Positions 20,239 through 30,660 of a DNA stretch of 64,000 nt are shown piece after piece. Position numbers and translations under genes: made by a program. Every line of letters starts with the position of its first letter. The first letter of the stretch is position 1. The stretch is from assembly GCA_963813715.1 (NCBI GenBank), contig CAWFAK010000017.1:448001-512000 (forward strand), read 5' to 3'. The notes below the pieces were generated by a model. It ran no database searches, was not told the origin of the DNA, and saw only the letters and a list, made by a program, of their open reading frames with translations. This DNA comes from an uncultured Planctomycetaceae bacterium (GTDB taxonomy: Bacteria > Planctomycetota > Planctomycetia > Planctomycetales > Planctomycetaceae).

Positions 20239-21882
20239 ATGGAATTGTCACCGTTACGGCAGCGTCCCGCCTGGCAGGCTCTCGAAGCGCATTACGAAAA
20301 GATTCGCGACCGGCACCTCCGCGACCTGTTCGCCGAAGACCCACAGCGGGCGGAAAAGCTCTCGCTCGAGGCGCTCGGCGTCCTGCTCGACTACTCCAAG
20401 AACCGCCTCACCACAGAGACGGTGCAGCTGCTCTTGGACCTGGCGAATCAGTCGGGGCTCCGCGAACGCATCGACGCCATGTTCCGGGGCGACAAGATCA
20501 ACATCACCGAGAACCGGGCCGTGCTGCACGTCGCGCTGCGGGCCCCGCGCGACGAAGTGATCGATGTGGACGGCAAGAACGTCGTCCCGGAGGTGCACAC
20601 CGTCCTCGATAAAATGGCCGACTTCGTCAATCGGGTGCACAGCGGAGCCTGGCTGGGGGCAACCGGTAAGACGATCAAGAACGTCGTCAACATCGGCATC
20701 GGCGGCTCGGACCTCGGCCCGTCGATGGCCTATTCGGCCCTCAAGCACTACAGCCACCGGGACATGACGTTTCGTTTTGTCTCGAACGTCGACGGCACCG
20801 ACATTGCCGAAGCGGCCCGCGACCTTGATCTGGCCCGCACGCTGTTTATCATCTCGTCGAAAACCTTCACGACGCTCGAGACGCTTACCAACGCCCGCAC
20901 GGCCCGGCAGTGGTACATCGATGCCCTGAAGGACGAGGCGGTGATCGCGAAGCACTTCGTCGCCGTCTCCACCAACGAGGCCGAGGTCCGCAAATTCGGG
21001 ATCGACCCGGCCAACATGTTCGGGTTTTGGGACTGGGTGGGCGGCCGCTACTCGTACACATCGGCGATCGGCCTCTCGCTGATGCTGGCGATCGGCCCGG
21101 ACCGGTACCGGGAGATGCTCGCCGGCTTCCACGAAATGGACGAGCACTTCCGCACGGCGCCGTTCGCGGAGAATCTGCCGGTGATTTTGGGGCTGGTCGG
21201 CCTCTGGTACGACGACTTCTTCGGCGCCCAGACGCTGGCCATCCTGCCCTACGACCAGTATCTCGAAAAGCTGAGCGCCTATTTCGAGCAGCTCGACATG
21301 GAGAGCAATGGCAAGCACGTGACGCTCGATGGGCGGACCGTTGATTACCAGACGGGGCCCATCGTCTGGGGCACGCCGGGCACCAACGGCCAGCATGCGT
21401 ACTATCAGCTGATTCACCAGGGGACGAAATTGATCCCCTGCGACTTCATCGGCTTCTGCCAGTCGCTCAATCCGCTGGGCCGTCACCACGATTTGTTGAT
21501 GGCCAACTTCTTCGCCCAGACCGAGGCGCTGGCCTTCGGCAAAACGCTCGAGCAGGTGAAGGCGGACGGCGTTTCCGATACGCTCGCGCCGCATCGCGTG
21601 TTCGAGGGGAATCGGCCGACGAACTCGATTCTTTTGGAGCAGCTCACGCCGGCCGCATTGGGCAAACTGGTGGCCCTCTACGAGCACAAGGTTTTCGTGC
21701 AGGGCACGATCTGGCAGATCAACTCGTTCGATCAATGGGGGGTCGAGCTGGGCAAAGTGCTCGCGCAGCGGATCGTGCCGGAACTCGAGGGAACTGCGAC
21801 GACCAAGGTTCCGCACGACAGCTCGACCACGCGGCTCATCGAACGCTATCGCCGCATGCGGGCGAAGCCGACCAACGGCTGA
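20239..21882 (+). CDS. pgi: Glucose-6-phosphate isomerase
   Basis: [58 protein letters not shown]. Confidence 0.98.
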   Translation: MELSPLRQRPAWQALEAHYEKIRDRHLRDLFAEDPQRAEKLSLEALGVLLDYSKNRLTTETVQLLLDLANQSGLRERIDAMFRGDKINITENRAVLHVALRAPRDEVIDVDGKNVVPEVHTVLDKMADFVNRVHSGAWLGATGKTIKNVVNIGIGGSDLGPSMAYSALKHYSHRDMTFRFVSNVDGTDIAEAARDLDLARTLFIISSKTFTTLETLTNARTARQWYIDALKDEAVIAKHFVAVSTNEAEVRKFGIDPANMFGFWDWVGGRYSYTSAIGLSLMLAIGPDRYREMLAGFHEMDEHFRTAPFAENLPVILGLVGLWYDDFFGAQTLAILPYDQYLEKLSAYFEQLDMESNGKHVTLDGRTVDYQTGPIVWGTPGTNGQHAYYQLIHQGTKLIPCDFIGFCQSLNPLGRHHDLLMANFFAQTEALAFGKTLEQVKADGVSDTLAPHRVFEGNRPTNSILLEQLTPAALGKLVALYEHKVFVQGTIWQINSFDQWGVELGKVLAQRIVPELEGTATTKVPHDSSTTRLIERYRRMRAKPTNG

Positions 21883-21960
21883 TGCAAGTCTGACATGGAG
21901 TGTTTCGCGGCGTCTGTCATCGAGCGCCTGTCACCGACTGTGTGCACCTGGGAGACCGAG

Positions 21961-22881
21961 ATGGCGGTGGGATATGACAAGCCGCTCTATCTCCTGCCGT
22001 TCGATCATCGCCACTCGTACGGGGCGGAGGTGTTCGGCTTCAAGGAGCCGATGACGCCGGAGCAGATCGCCCAGGTCGGCGCCAGCAAACAGGTGATTTA
22101 CGAGGGTTTCAAGAAAAGCATCGAGAGCGGCGTGCCGAAGGAGAAGGCCGGGATTCTCGTCGACGAGGAATTCGGGGCGGCCATCCTTCGCGATGCCGCT
22201 CGGCAAGGCTTCATCGCAGCGATGTCGGTGGAGAAAAGCGGCCAGAACGAGTTCGATTTCGAGTACGCAGACCAGTTCGCCGCCCACTTGGACGAGTTTA
22301 AGCCGACCTTCGCCAAAGTGCTCGTTCGCTATAACCCCGAGGGGGACTCTGTGCTCAACCAACGGCAGACCGCCCGGCTGAACAAGCTCGGCGACAACTG
22401 CCGTCGATCGGGCCGGTACTTCATGTTCGAGTTGCTCGTACCGCCCGAGCCGGGTCAGCTCGACAAAGTTGGCGGCGACAAGCAGGTCTACGACAGCGAC
22501 ATTCGGCCGGGCTTGATGGTCGAGGCGATTCGCCAGCTTCAGGATGCCGGCGTCGAGCCCGACGTGTGGAAGATCGAGGGTCTCGACCGGGCCGACGATT
22601 GTGTCAAAGTCGCGGAGGTCGCCCGCCGCGACGGCCGCAGCCAGGTCGGCTGCATCGTGTTGGGACGCGGCGAGGAGGAGTCGAAGGTCGTGCGATGGCT
22701 GCAGACCGCCGCGGCGATTCCAGCGTTTATTGGGTTCGCCATCGGCCGTTCGACGTTTCTGGAGCCGATTTTGCAGCTCCGCAACGGAAAATTGTCGGCG
22801 ATGGCTGCCTCGTCGGACATCGCCCGGAGATTCAAAAAGTGGGTTGACGTATTTGAGCAAGCGGGCCCGACGACGTGTTAA
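21961..22881 (+). CDS. DUF2090 / IolC C-terminal-like class I aldolase-fold protein
   Basis: LLPFDHR, GILVDEEFG, EKSGQNEFDFEY, KVLVRYNPEGD, DVWKIEG, LGRG, GFAIGRS. Confidence 0.8.
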   Translation: MAVGYDKPLYLLPFDHRHSYGAEVFGFKEPMTPEQIAQVGASKQVIYEGFKKSIESGVPKEKAGILVDEEFGAAILRDAARQGFIAAMSVEKSGQNEFDFEYADQFAAHLDEFKPTFAKVLVRYNPEGDSVLNQRQTARLNKLGDNCRRSGRYFMFELLVPPEPGQLDKVGGDKQVYDSDIRPGLMVEAIRQLQDAGVEPDVWKIEGLDRADDCVKVAEVARRDGRSQVGCIVLGRGEEESKVVRWLQTAAAIPAFIGFAIGRSTFLEPILQLRNGKLSAMAASSDIARRFKKWVDVFEQAGPTTC

Positions 22882-22933
22882 AGCCTCGACGGCAGTGTTA
22901 AAGCCTCAACGCAGTGTAAAGCTCGACGCAGTG
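22875..22933 (+). repeat. Three degenerate 17-20-bp tandem units starting at the DUF2090 stop codon
   Basis: GTGTTAAAGCCTCGACGGCA / GTGTTAAAGCCTCAACGCA / GTGTAAAGCTCGACGCA. Confidence 0.8.
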
Positions 22934-22958
22934 GTCAACGTTCAGGGGAGATCGAGAC

Positions 22959-23987
22959 ATGCAACTGGGAATGATCGGCCTGGGGCGGATGGGCGCCAAC
23001 ATGGTGCGTCGGCTCTTGAAAGGCGGCCACGAGTGCGTGGCTTTCGACAGGAACGCACAAGCAGTGAAGGATCTGACCGGCGAGGGCTCGAAGGGCGCCG
23101 CATCGCTCGATGAGTTGGTGCAAAAGCTCAAAACGCCTCGCGCCGTGTGGCTGATGGTGCCTGCCGGCGTCGTCGACAGCACGCTTGCCGATCTGGTCCC
23201 GAAGCTTTCGCCGGGCGACATCGTGATCGACGGCGGCAACTCGTACTACATCGACGACATTCGTCGGGCGGGCGAGCTCAAGGCGAAAGGCCTGCATTAC
23301 GTCGACGTCGGCACGAGCGGCGGCGTGTGGGGACTGGAGCGCGGCTATTGCCAGATGATCGGCGGGGAGGACGCGATCGTCCGCTCACTCGATCCGATTT
23401 TCGCCACGCTGGCGCCGCCGGTGAATGCGGCCCCCCGCACGCCCGGCCGCGAAACGATGCCCGCCTCCACGGCCGAGCACGGGTATTTGCACTGCGGCCC
23501 GAACGGCGCCGGCCACTTTGTGAAGATGGTCCACAACGGCATCGAGTACGGCATCATGGCCGCCTATGCCGAGGGACTGGCCGTCCTCAAAAACGCGAAC
23601 GTCGGCAAACAGAAGGACGTGATCGACGCGGAAACGACTCCGCTCCGCGACCCCGAACATTATCAATTCGATCTCAACCTGGCGGACGTGGCCGAGGTGT
23701 GGCGTCGCGGCAGCGTGATTTCGTCGTGGCTGTTGGACCTCACCGCCCAGGCGCTGGGGCAGGATCAGAAGCTCGGACAATTTTCAGGCCGCGTTTCGGA
23801 TTCCGGCGAGGGACGCTGGACCATCAAGGCGGCCATCGACGAAGCCGTCCCGGTGCCGGTCCTTACGACGGCTTTGTACGAACGATTCGCCTCCCGCGGC
23901 GAGTCGGACTATGCCGATCGGCTGCTGTCGGCGATGCGTTTTGGTTTCGGCGGGCACCTGGAGAAAAAGACGCCGTCCGGTTTGTGA
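22959..23987 (+). CDS. gnd: 6-phosphogluconate dehydrogenase, decarboxylating (short YqeC type)
   Basis: [53 protein letters not shown]. Confidence 0.95.
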   Translation: MQLGMIGLGRMGANMVRRLLKGGHECVAFDRNAQAVKDLTGEGSKGAASLDELVQKLKTPRAVWLMVPAGVVDSTLADLVPKLSPGDIVIDGGNSYYIDDIRRAGELKAKGLHYVDVGTSGGVWGLERGYCQMIGGEDAIVRSLDPIFATLAPPVNAAPRTPGRETMPASTAEHGYLHCGPNGAGHFVKMVHNGIEYGIMAAYAEGLAVLKNANVGKQKDVIDAETTPLRDPEHYQFDLNLADVAEVWRRGSVISSWLLDLTAQALGQDQKLGQFSGRVSDSGEGRWTIKAAIDEAVPVPVLTTALYERFASRGESDYADRLLSAMRFGFGGHLEKKTPSGL

Positions 23988-24026
23988 TCGACACACGTTT
24001 GTGATCGGCCGGTTTGTAATCGACAC
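23980..24026 (+). repeat. Three tandem GTTTGTRATCG units spanning the gnd stop codon
   Basis: Units start at 23980, 23997 and 24012. Confidence 0.75.
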
Positions 24027-24151
24027 CACGGCCGCAAGGCGGCGAGCAGTCACGCGATTTGACGATCCGGGTCGCTCACACCGTGTGACCCCTGACAATA
24101 AGAACGAGCCGAATGGTCCGCCGGAGCGGGTCGGCTCGCCGGAGGAAATCA

Positions 24152-25553
24152 ATGGCCGCAGCGCAGTCCGATACGCTCGTTGTGTTCGGCGCCACGGGCG
24201 ACCTGGCGTTTAAAAAGATCTTTCCCGCGCTTCAGTCGATGGTTCGCCGCGGGCCATCTGACGGTTCCGGTGATCGGCGTGGCGAAATCGGGTTGGAACA
24301 TCGACCAATTCCGCCAGCGCGCGAAGGACAGCATTCAACAGCACAGCACGTTCGATCCCCAAGACTTCGAGAAACTGAGCAAGCTGCTCCACTACGTCGA
24401 CGGCGACTATTCCGATCCGGCGACGTTCACCGCGCTCATCAAGGAATTGGGCAAGGCACAACGGCCCACGTACTATCTGGCGATCCCACCCGTGCTATTC
24501 GGGCTGGTGGTGGAGCAGTTGGGCAAGGCCCACGGCGCTCAGAACGCCCGCGTCGTCATCGAGAAGCCGTTCGGCCGCGATCTGGCGTCTGCACAAGAAC
24601 TCAACAAAGTTCTATTGGGGAACTTTGACGAACGCTCGATCTTCCGCATCGACCACTACCTCGGCAAATCGCCCGTCCGCAACCTGCTCTATTTCCGCTT
24701 CGAGAACACGTTCCTCGAGCCGATCTGGAATCGCCGCTACGTCGAAAGCGTGCAGATCACGATGTCCGAGGATTTTGGCGTGGAGGGGCGCGGCGCGTTC
24801 TACGAGGAGGCGGGCACCATCCGTGACGTGATCGAGAACCACATGTTCCAGGTGCTCGTCAATCTGGCCATGGAACCGCCGGCCGGCACCGACAGCGAAT
24901 CGGTCCGCGACGAAAAGGTGAAAGTCTTGCGCTCGATTGCGCCGCTCGATCCGCACAAGGTCGTGCGAGGCCAGTTCCGTGGCTACCGCGACGAAAAGGG
25001 AGTCGCGAAGAATTCGCGAGTCGAGACCTTCGCCGCGATCAAGCTGCAAATCCACTCCTGGCGCTGGGACGGCGTTCCGTTCTTCATTCGTGCCGGCAAA
25101 AACCTGCCGGTCACCTGCATGGAAGTCTTTGCCGAGCTGCGGCGTCCACCCGACCTCTACTCGACGTCGTGCACCGTGCCCAACCACGTGCGATTCCGGC
25201 TCAGCCCCGACATTACCATTGGGCTCGGCACAATGGTGATGGACCCCGGCGACGAGATGGTCGGCCGCCCGGTGGAACTCGTGGCGACGCACAAACCCGA
25301 CGGCGATGAAATGGAGGCCTACGAGCGACTGCTGGGCGATGCCATGCGCGGCGACCAGACGCTCTTTGCCCGCGAGGATTACGTCGAGCAAGCGTGGCGA
25401 ATCGTCGACCCCATCTTGGAAAAATCGACCCCCGTCTACGAATACGAGCCCGGCACCTGGGGCCCCGACGAAGTCAACCGCCTCGTTTCACCACCGGGGG
25501 GCTGGCATGATCCCGTGCTCAGCACGCGGCATCCTTCCGCGCCGAAAAGCTGA
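24152..25553 (+). CDS. zwf: Glucose-6-phosphate 1-dehydrogenase (frameshift near 24250)
   Basis: [55 protein letters not shown]. Confidence 0.95.
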
Positions 25554-25788
25554 TCTTGTTCGGATTGCGTATCTGTGGCTGAATGAAGGAAGCGGACTGT
25601 GTGGCGCGCTCGCGGACACCGTGGGACGGGGCGCCCGCGGGACGGGACGCGACGATGTCACGCGTGAAAGTGCGTCGGTCAATGCTTGGCCGGTGGGGAC
25701 AAGGTCCCCGGCGGGGACGAAAAAAGGATCCCCGGCGGTGATGGGGATCCGTTTTCACTAAGGGGGAAACAAGATCCCCGGCACCCAA

Positions 25789-27302
25789 ATGGAACCCAAC
25801 CGGCCGTCTCTGTGGGTGAGCGCCCTGCTCCTGCCCGTTGCGGTCGCGCTCGCTTCCGGGTCGGTCCTGGTGCTGCTTGGTTCCTTTCTGCTGAGGCGGT
25901 TTCGCCAGTCGGGCGTCCGCTGGGCGGCGGGCGGGGGCGTCCTGCTGGGACTTTCGCTCCGGGTGGCCGCCGCTCTGGCCGACGGACCCGACATTCCGGA
26001 CCTGGCGGAGCCGTTCGACGTCAAGGCGTTCGAGGCATACTCGTTGCCGGCCGGCAAAAATGCCGACTATTTGTACCTCTTGGCACAGCGGTCACTGGTC
26101 AAGCTCGACAACAAGCGAGGTACGTTCGAGGCGACAGAGAAGAGCGCGCAACAAGCGGCTCTCGCGGGTTGGGCCGAAGCAAACCCGGATGTTCGCAAGT
26201 GGCTCGACGCGAATGAAAAGTCGCTCACGGCGTGGAAGGCGGGCACGACGCGGGCCGACGCGATCGAAGTTCCGCTCAGCGAGTTTTCTTACCTTTCGGA
26301 GCTGCCTGTCAGCAACGAGGCCCGAACGTTTGCCACGCTGGCGTTCCTGAAAGCGAGTAAGGTCACCAGCGAGGGACAGACTGCCGACGCGTGGAGCTGG
26401 TATCGGGCCGCGCTGCGATATAGTCGGCACCTGGGGATGTACGGGGGCATCATCGAGCGGATGGTTGGGGCGCGGGTTTATCGGCTCGCGCGGGATCCGA
26501 TCCTGAACTGGGCGGCCCGGCCTGAGGTGAGCGCGGCCGACCTGCGTCAGGCGCTCGCCGACGTTGTCGCGGTCGATGCGATGACCGCGCCCTTGTCGCG
26601 CGCACTCAAGGTCGAGTATCTCTCCGTGCGACATTCAATTCCTCTGGTGCTTGCCAACGTGCGGAAGGGACATCCTTTCGTAGCCGTGGCAACGCGAGAG
26701 AGTGGACGGCCGGAAAAAATGGTGCGGATCGCGAACGTGTGCTTCTCCAACTGGCTCGCCAATGCCGAACGGCCCCGCTGGCAGCGGAGGCCGATGAGCG
26801 ACAAAGACGTCGGCCTTTTCGAGCCGGACACGGGGTCAGCCAAACTGCCGCCCGCGCCGAACTGAAGAAGCTCGTTGCGATGCAACTGTCCGGGCTCGCA
26901 AACATGGGAATGATGAGGACTTCCCCCGACGAGGACTATGCACTGCCGGGTATGATGTGGCTCTTTGACTCGGTCGATCGGGATCGCGTTAACCAAGCGG
27001 CCGTCCTGGTCGGCCTGGCACTGCAGCTTTACTTCCGCGAGCATGGCGGTTTTCCCGCCGCCCTTCCGGAACTTGTGCACGCCGGTTATTTGAAATCCAT
27101 TCCGCTCGATCCGTTTGGTAAGGGCGAACCGATTCACTACCGGCTGGAAGGCGATGCCAAGGACCGTGCAGTCGTGTGGAGCGTGGGGCTCGACGGCAGC
27201 CAGGCGGCCGGCAAGTTGCCAACGACGCCGAATGATTCGTACGAGAGCCAGCTTACGGTCTTTGAGATCAAAGCGGTCCGAAATTCGCAAAATCGAAAAT
27301 AG
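25789..27302 (+). CDS. Hypothetical membrane-anchored protein (frameshift near 26860)
   Basis: Two N-terminal hydrophobic segments. C-terminal FPAALPELV..IPLDPFG..YR..VWSVGLDG tail reminiscent of GspG-like C-termini. Confidence 0.65.
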
Positions 27303-27325
27303 CGACTTGAGGGGAGCCAAGAGCG

Positions 27326-27928
27326 ATGGCCGAAACTTTGCCAAAGGTCTATTTGGCGCGACACGGGCAAACGGCATGGAGTCTTTCCGGCCAGCACACC
27401 GGACGCACCGATATTCCGCTCACGCCGGAAGGCGAACAAAACGCCAAACGGCTGGGCGAGCGGTTGGCCAAAATCAAGGAGCCGTTTGCGCTCGTGCTCG
27501 TCAGTCCCGTGCAGCGGGCGCGGCGGACCGCGGAGCTGTCGGGATTTGGGGGTCGCGCGGTCATCGAGCCCGATCTTTACGAATGGGATTACGGGCAATA
27601 CGAAGGACGTAAGACGGCCGAGATTCGCCGCGAGCGGCCTGATTGGCAGCTCTTTCGCGACGGCGTGCCGGGCGGCGAAACGCTCGAGCAGGTTGCGGCC
27701 CGGGCTGACCGGGTGATCACCCGCGTGCGGACGAGTGGAGGTAATGCCCTGCTCTTTTCCAGCGGCCACATCCTCCGCGTGCTGGGGGCGCGCTGGTGCG
27801 AATGCGACGGATCGGCGGGGCAGCGTCTTAACCTCGGCACAGCCTCCTTGAGCGTGCTGAGCTACGAGCACAATCTGCAGGAGCCCGTGCTGCAGTTGTG
27901 GAATGACCAGTCCCACCTCGGTCAGTGA
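27326..27928 (+). CDS. Histidine phosphatase (phosphoglycerate mutase superfamily)
   Basis: LARHGQTAWS..HTGRTDIPLT, EWDYGQYEG, SGHILRV. Confidence 0.92.
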   Translation: MAETLPKVYLARHGQTAWSLSGQHTGRTDIPLTPEGEQNAKRLGERLAKIKEPFALVLVSPVQRARRTAELSGFGGRAVIEPDLYEWDYGQYEGRKTAEIRRERPDWQLFRDGVPGGETLEQVAARADRVITRVRTSGGNALLFSSGHILRVLGARWCECDGSAGQRLNLGTASLSVLSYEHNLQEPVLQLWNDQSHLGQ

Positions 27929-27956
27929 GCGGTCGAGCGGTGTTCCGATTTCCGCC

Positions 27957-28026
27957 GTAGGGCGAGCTGCCAGCTTGCCCACGTTCCCTTCTGGCGATCG
28001 GCGGGCAAGCTGGCAGCTTGCCCTAC
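27957..28026. repeat. REPIN-like inverted pair of GTAG-type REP family A between convergent genes
   Basis: GTAGGGCGAGCTGCCAGCTTGCCC (27957-27980), 22-bp spacer, then the reverse complement of GTAGGGCAAGCTGCCAGCTTGCCC (28003-28026). Confidence 0.88.
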
Positions 28027-28053
28027 AGAACGAGCACGACCTGAGGCGCGAAA

Positions 28054-28755
28054 CTACTTTCGCTGCTCGAGCCCGGCGGCCGCGGCCGGATCGGCCAGCA
28101 ACACCGCCCGCGCGTTCTCGATTCGGCCGGCTGGGATCGAGCGGTCCCCTTTCATTAGCTTCGCGAGGGGGTCGACTTTGTTTGCGCCGGTCACCAGCCA
28201 GAGGATTTGGGTCGCCCGGTTAATCATCGGATAAGTCAGCGTCATCCGCTTGCGTGCCTGGTAGACGCCTGTGATCGCCACGTCGCGGTCGGTGACGTCC
28301 AGGACGGGATCGCTGGGAACGAGCGAAGCCGTGTGTCCGTCCGGCCCGAGCCCCAAGTGGACGAGGTCCAGCACGGGGTTTGTCCCAGCAATCTGGCGGA
28401 GGATAGCCGCGTATTTGCCGGCGGCGGCCGCGAGATCGGTTTCGGTTACCGGCATCGCGTGGACGTTTTCGGCCGGCAAGGCGACGCGATCGATGAGGCA
28501 GTCGCGGAGGTGTTTTAAGTTGCGATCGGGATCGTCGTCGGGTGCGGCTCGTTCGTCGACCTGGAACAGGTGGACCTTGTCCCACTCGACCGGCAGTTTG
28601 GACAACGCCTCAAACATAATCCACGGAGCCGTTCCCCCGCTCACAGCGACGAGAAACCGGCCGCGCTGGCGAATGGCGTTGCGAGCGGCGTCGGCCAGCA
28701 ACTGCGCTCCGCGCTCGGCCAAGGTTTGCTGTTCGGCGATCAGGTCAATGCGCAT
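28054..28755 (-). CDS. pgl: 6-phosphogluconolactonase
   Basis: VSGGTAP, FQVDER, DLVHLGLGPDGHTASL, RMTLTYP, VTGANK. Confidence 0.93.
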   Translation of the reverse strand: MRIDLIAEQQTLAERGAQLLADAARNAIRQRGRFLVAVSGGTAPWIMFEALSKLPVEWDKVHLFQVDERAAPDDDPDRNLKHLRDCLIDRVALPAENVHAMPVTETDLAAAAGKYAAILRQIAGTNPVLDLVHLGLGPDGHTASLVPSDPVLDVTDRDVAITGVYQARKRMTLTYPMINRATQILWLVTGANKVDPLAKLMKGDRSIPAGRIENARAVLLADPAAAAGLEQRK

Positions 28756-28800
28756 GCTTTGCTCCGCAAATGCGGCACCGAGTGAATCAACCCCAATGCC

Positions 28801-28827
28801 CACTGGCGGACAAGCCGCCAGTGCCAC
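28801..28827. repeat. REP-like palindrome, family C
   Basis: CACTGGCGG-acaag-CCGCCAGTG-CCAC. Single copy in this window. Confidence 0.55.
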
Positions 28828-28865
28828 TCGACTCGATTCGCGACACACAAATCACCCCGTCGAAC

Positions 28866-29558
28866 TCACGATGGCCCGACGCTGGGGGTGACAAAGGTCG
28901 CCTGTTTGGATTGTGATTCCCAAAGGCGGAACCCGCCCAAGAAGGCGTTGGCGTTGTCCCCCGCGCGGCAATTGGGCGGCATTTCCTTCAACCTTTTGAC
29001 GTTGCCACCACCCAGTACGACTTCTTCGGCCTGAACGGCGGCGCTCAACGTGGTGACCACTTCGGCCACCAGCTTCCGCCACTTCTTTTTGCCGAACCGG
29101 TCGAGGCCGCGGATGCCGACGTAGTCTTCAAAGGTGTGTTTCTTGTAGGGCAGATGCGCGAGTTCCAACGGTTCGAGCACGCCGTCGACGATCAGGGCCG
29201 AGCCCAGGCCGGTGCCCAATCCCAAAAAGAGCATGCGGCCGCCGCGATAACTGCCGAGCGCCTGCAGGGCCGCGTCGTTGATGATTTTCACCGGGCATTT
29301 GAAGGCCGCCTCGAAGTCGAAGCCGACCCAGCCTTTGCCCAGGTTGTGCGGCTCGGCGACCGGATTGCCGCGGAGGACGGGCCCCGGATAGCCCATCGCC
29401 ACGACGTCGTAGTGCCAGCCTTCGGCCGCTTTTTCAATCCCGGCCACCATATCGGTGGGAGTCATCGTTGGACCCGAGACGAATTCGCGGTGCTCGGTTT
29501 CCCCCGTGACCAGAATTTTGACGTGAGTGCCGCCGACGTCGACCACCAGAACGTTCAT
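28866..29558 (-). CDS. ROK-family sugar kinase (polyphosphate glucokinase-like)
   Basis: VVDVGGTHVK, GYPGPV, INDAALQALG, LGLGTGLGS, VLGGGN. Confidence 0.85.
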   Translation of the reverse strand: MNVLVVDVGGTHVKILVTGETEHREFVSGPTMTPTDMVAGIEKAAEGWHYDVVAMGYPGPVLRGNPVAEPHNLGKGWVGFDFEAAFKCPVKIINDAALQALGSYRGGRMLFLGLGTGLGSALIVDGVLEPLELAHLPYKKHTFEDYVGIRGLDRFGKKKWRKLVAEVVTTLSAAVQAEEVVLGGGNVKRLKEMPPNCRAGDNANAFLGGFRLWESQSKQATFVTPSVGPS

Positions 29559-29682
29559 CAGGAATTCCCCTCGTGTTGGTCCGCCCATCATACCGGAACG
29601 GACGCGCGAGGGGGGTGGGTTCAGGGGGAAGAAAATGGTCCCACGATCAGGCAGCCGGCCCAGCCCCGGATCGGGCAAATTG

Positions 29683-30474
29683 TCAGCCCTTCGACGGCGG
29701 TCGGTCGCCGCGGGTGCGCTTGCCCGCGGGCGTGCCGCCGACCGCCCCGCCCGATCGTCCGGACCGGGGCGTTTGCTCAGGTTCGTCGCGCGGCGACCGA
29801 CGGTCGAACGATCCACTGCCCATCGCCTCCTCCAGATCCTCGACGTCCGGATCGCCATAGCCGGCGTTCGAACCGGCCAGACCGCCGATGGCCGATCCGC
29901 CTCCCGGCGTTCCGGCCGCGTGGCTGTCGCCCGGATACTCGGCATCGAATCGACGGTCGAAGTTGGGGAACTGCGGGTTCTCGTGAGCGGCGAAGTCGCT
30001 GATCGTCTCAGGCGGAATCAGGTTCTCATCGGCCGGACTCGGCTCACGGTTGAGCACCGTGGCGACCGGACGGTTAATTCGCGCCAGCGATCCGGAGATG
30101 CCGACCGCTTCGGCGCAGCTGGTGCAAAATCGGGCATAAGGAAGCGCATCGAGGCGCTCGCGGCGAATCGCCTGGCCGCACTCCTCGCAGCGTCCGAACG
30201 TGCCGGCGTCAATGCGGTGCAGCGCCTCGTGAGCTTCGTTGACCAGGTACTCCTCGTTTTCCATCAGTGTTGCGTTGATGTCCTGCAGGAACTCGTCTGT
30301 GCCACGGTCTCCCAAATGCATGGGCGCGTTGGAGAGGTCGCCGGATCCTTGTCCGCCCGGTTCGCGTGCCTGTTCGATGACGGCCGACGCGTCGCTTCGC
30401 ATGCGTTCGGCCAGTTGCTTCAACTTGCTGCGATATTGAATCAAGCTACCGTTATTCATTGGAGAGGCTTTCAT
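29683..30474 (-). CDS. DksA/TraR C4 zinc-finger protein with a long acidic Gly-rich C-terminal tail
   Basis: HLGDRGTD coiled-coil tip, ALHRIDAGTFGRCEECG..ERLDALPYARFCTSC. Confidence 0.88.
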   Translation of the reverse strand: MKASPMNNGSLIQYRSKLKQLAERMRSDASAVIEQAREPGGQGSGDLSNAPMHLGDRGTDEFLQDINATLMENEEYLVNEAHEALHRIDAGTFGRCEECGQAIRRERLDALPYARFCTSCAEAVGISGSLARINRPVATVLNREPSPADENLIPPETISDFAAHENPQFPNFDRRFDAEYPGDSHAAGTPGGGSAIGGLAGSNAGYGDPDVEDLEEAMGSGSFDRRSPRDEPEQTPRSGRSGGAVGGTPAGKRTRGDRPPSKG

Positions 30475-30534
30475 TCGAGAAATGACTCGGTCGAGCACGG
30501 CCCATCAGGCCCGCGTTCGCGCAAAGGCCAATCG

Positions 30535-30550
30535 TGCAAATGGCTTGCCG
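30535..30550 (-). promoter_or_regulatory. Putative sigma54 (-24/-12) promoter of the DksA/TraR-like gene
   Basis: Minus strand CGGCAAGCCATTTGCA, with GG-N10-GC spacing and a TTGCA -12 box. Confidence 0.5.
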
Positions 30551-30660
30551 CGTGTCGAGTGGGCCGGTGATCGGCTAAAGAATTGCCGTCATCGTCGGGA
30601 CATGGAGTGTCCAGCGCGGAGCGTCTCGCGTGTCGCCGGCGTCCGTGCTGCGACGCGTGC

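Noticed and set aside
22875..24026. Short tandem repeats as a CRISPR array
   Set aside because: Units abut with no unique spacers, are under 21 bp and degenerate, and no cas genes are present.
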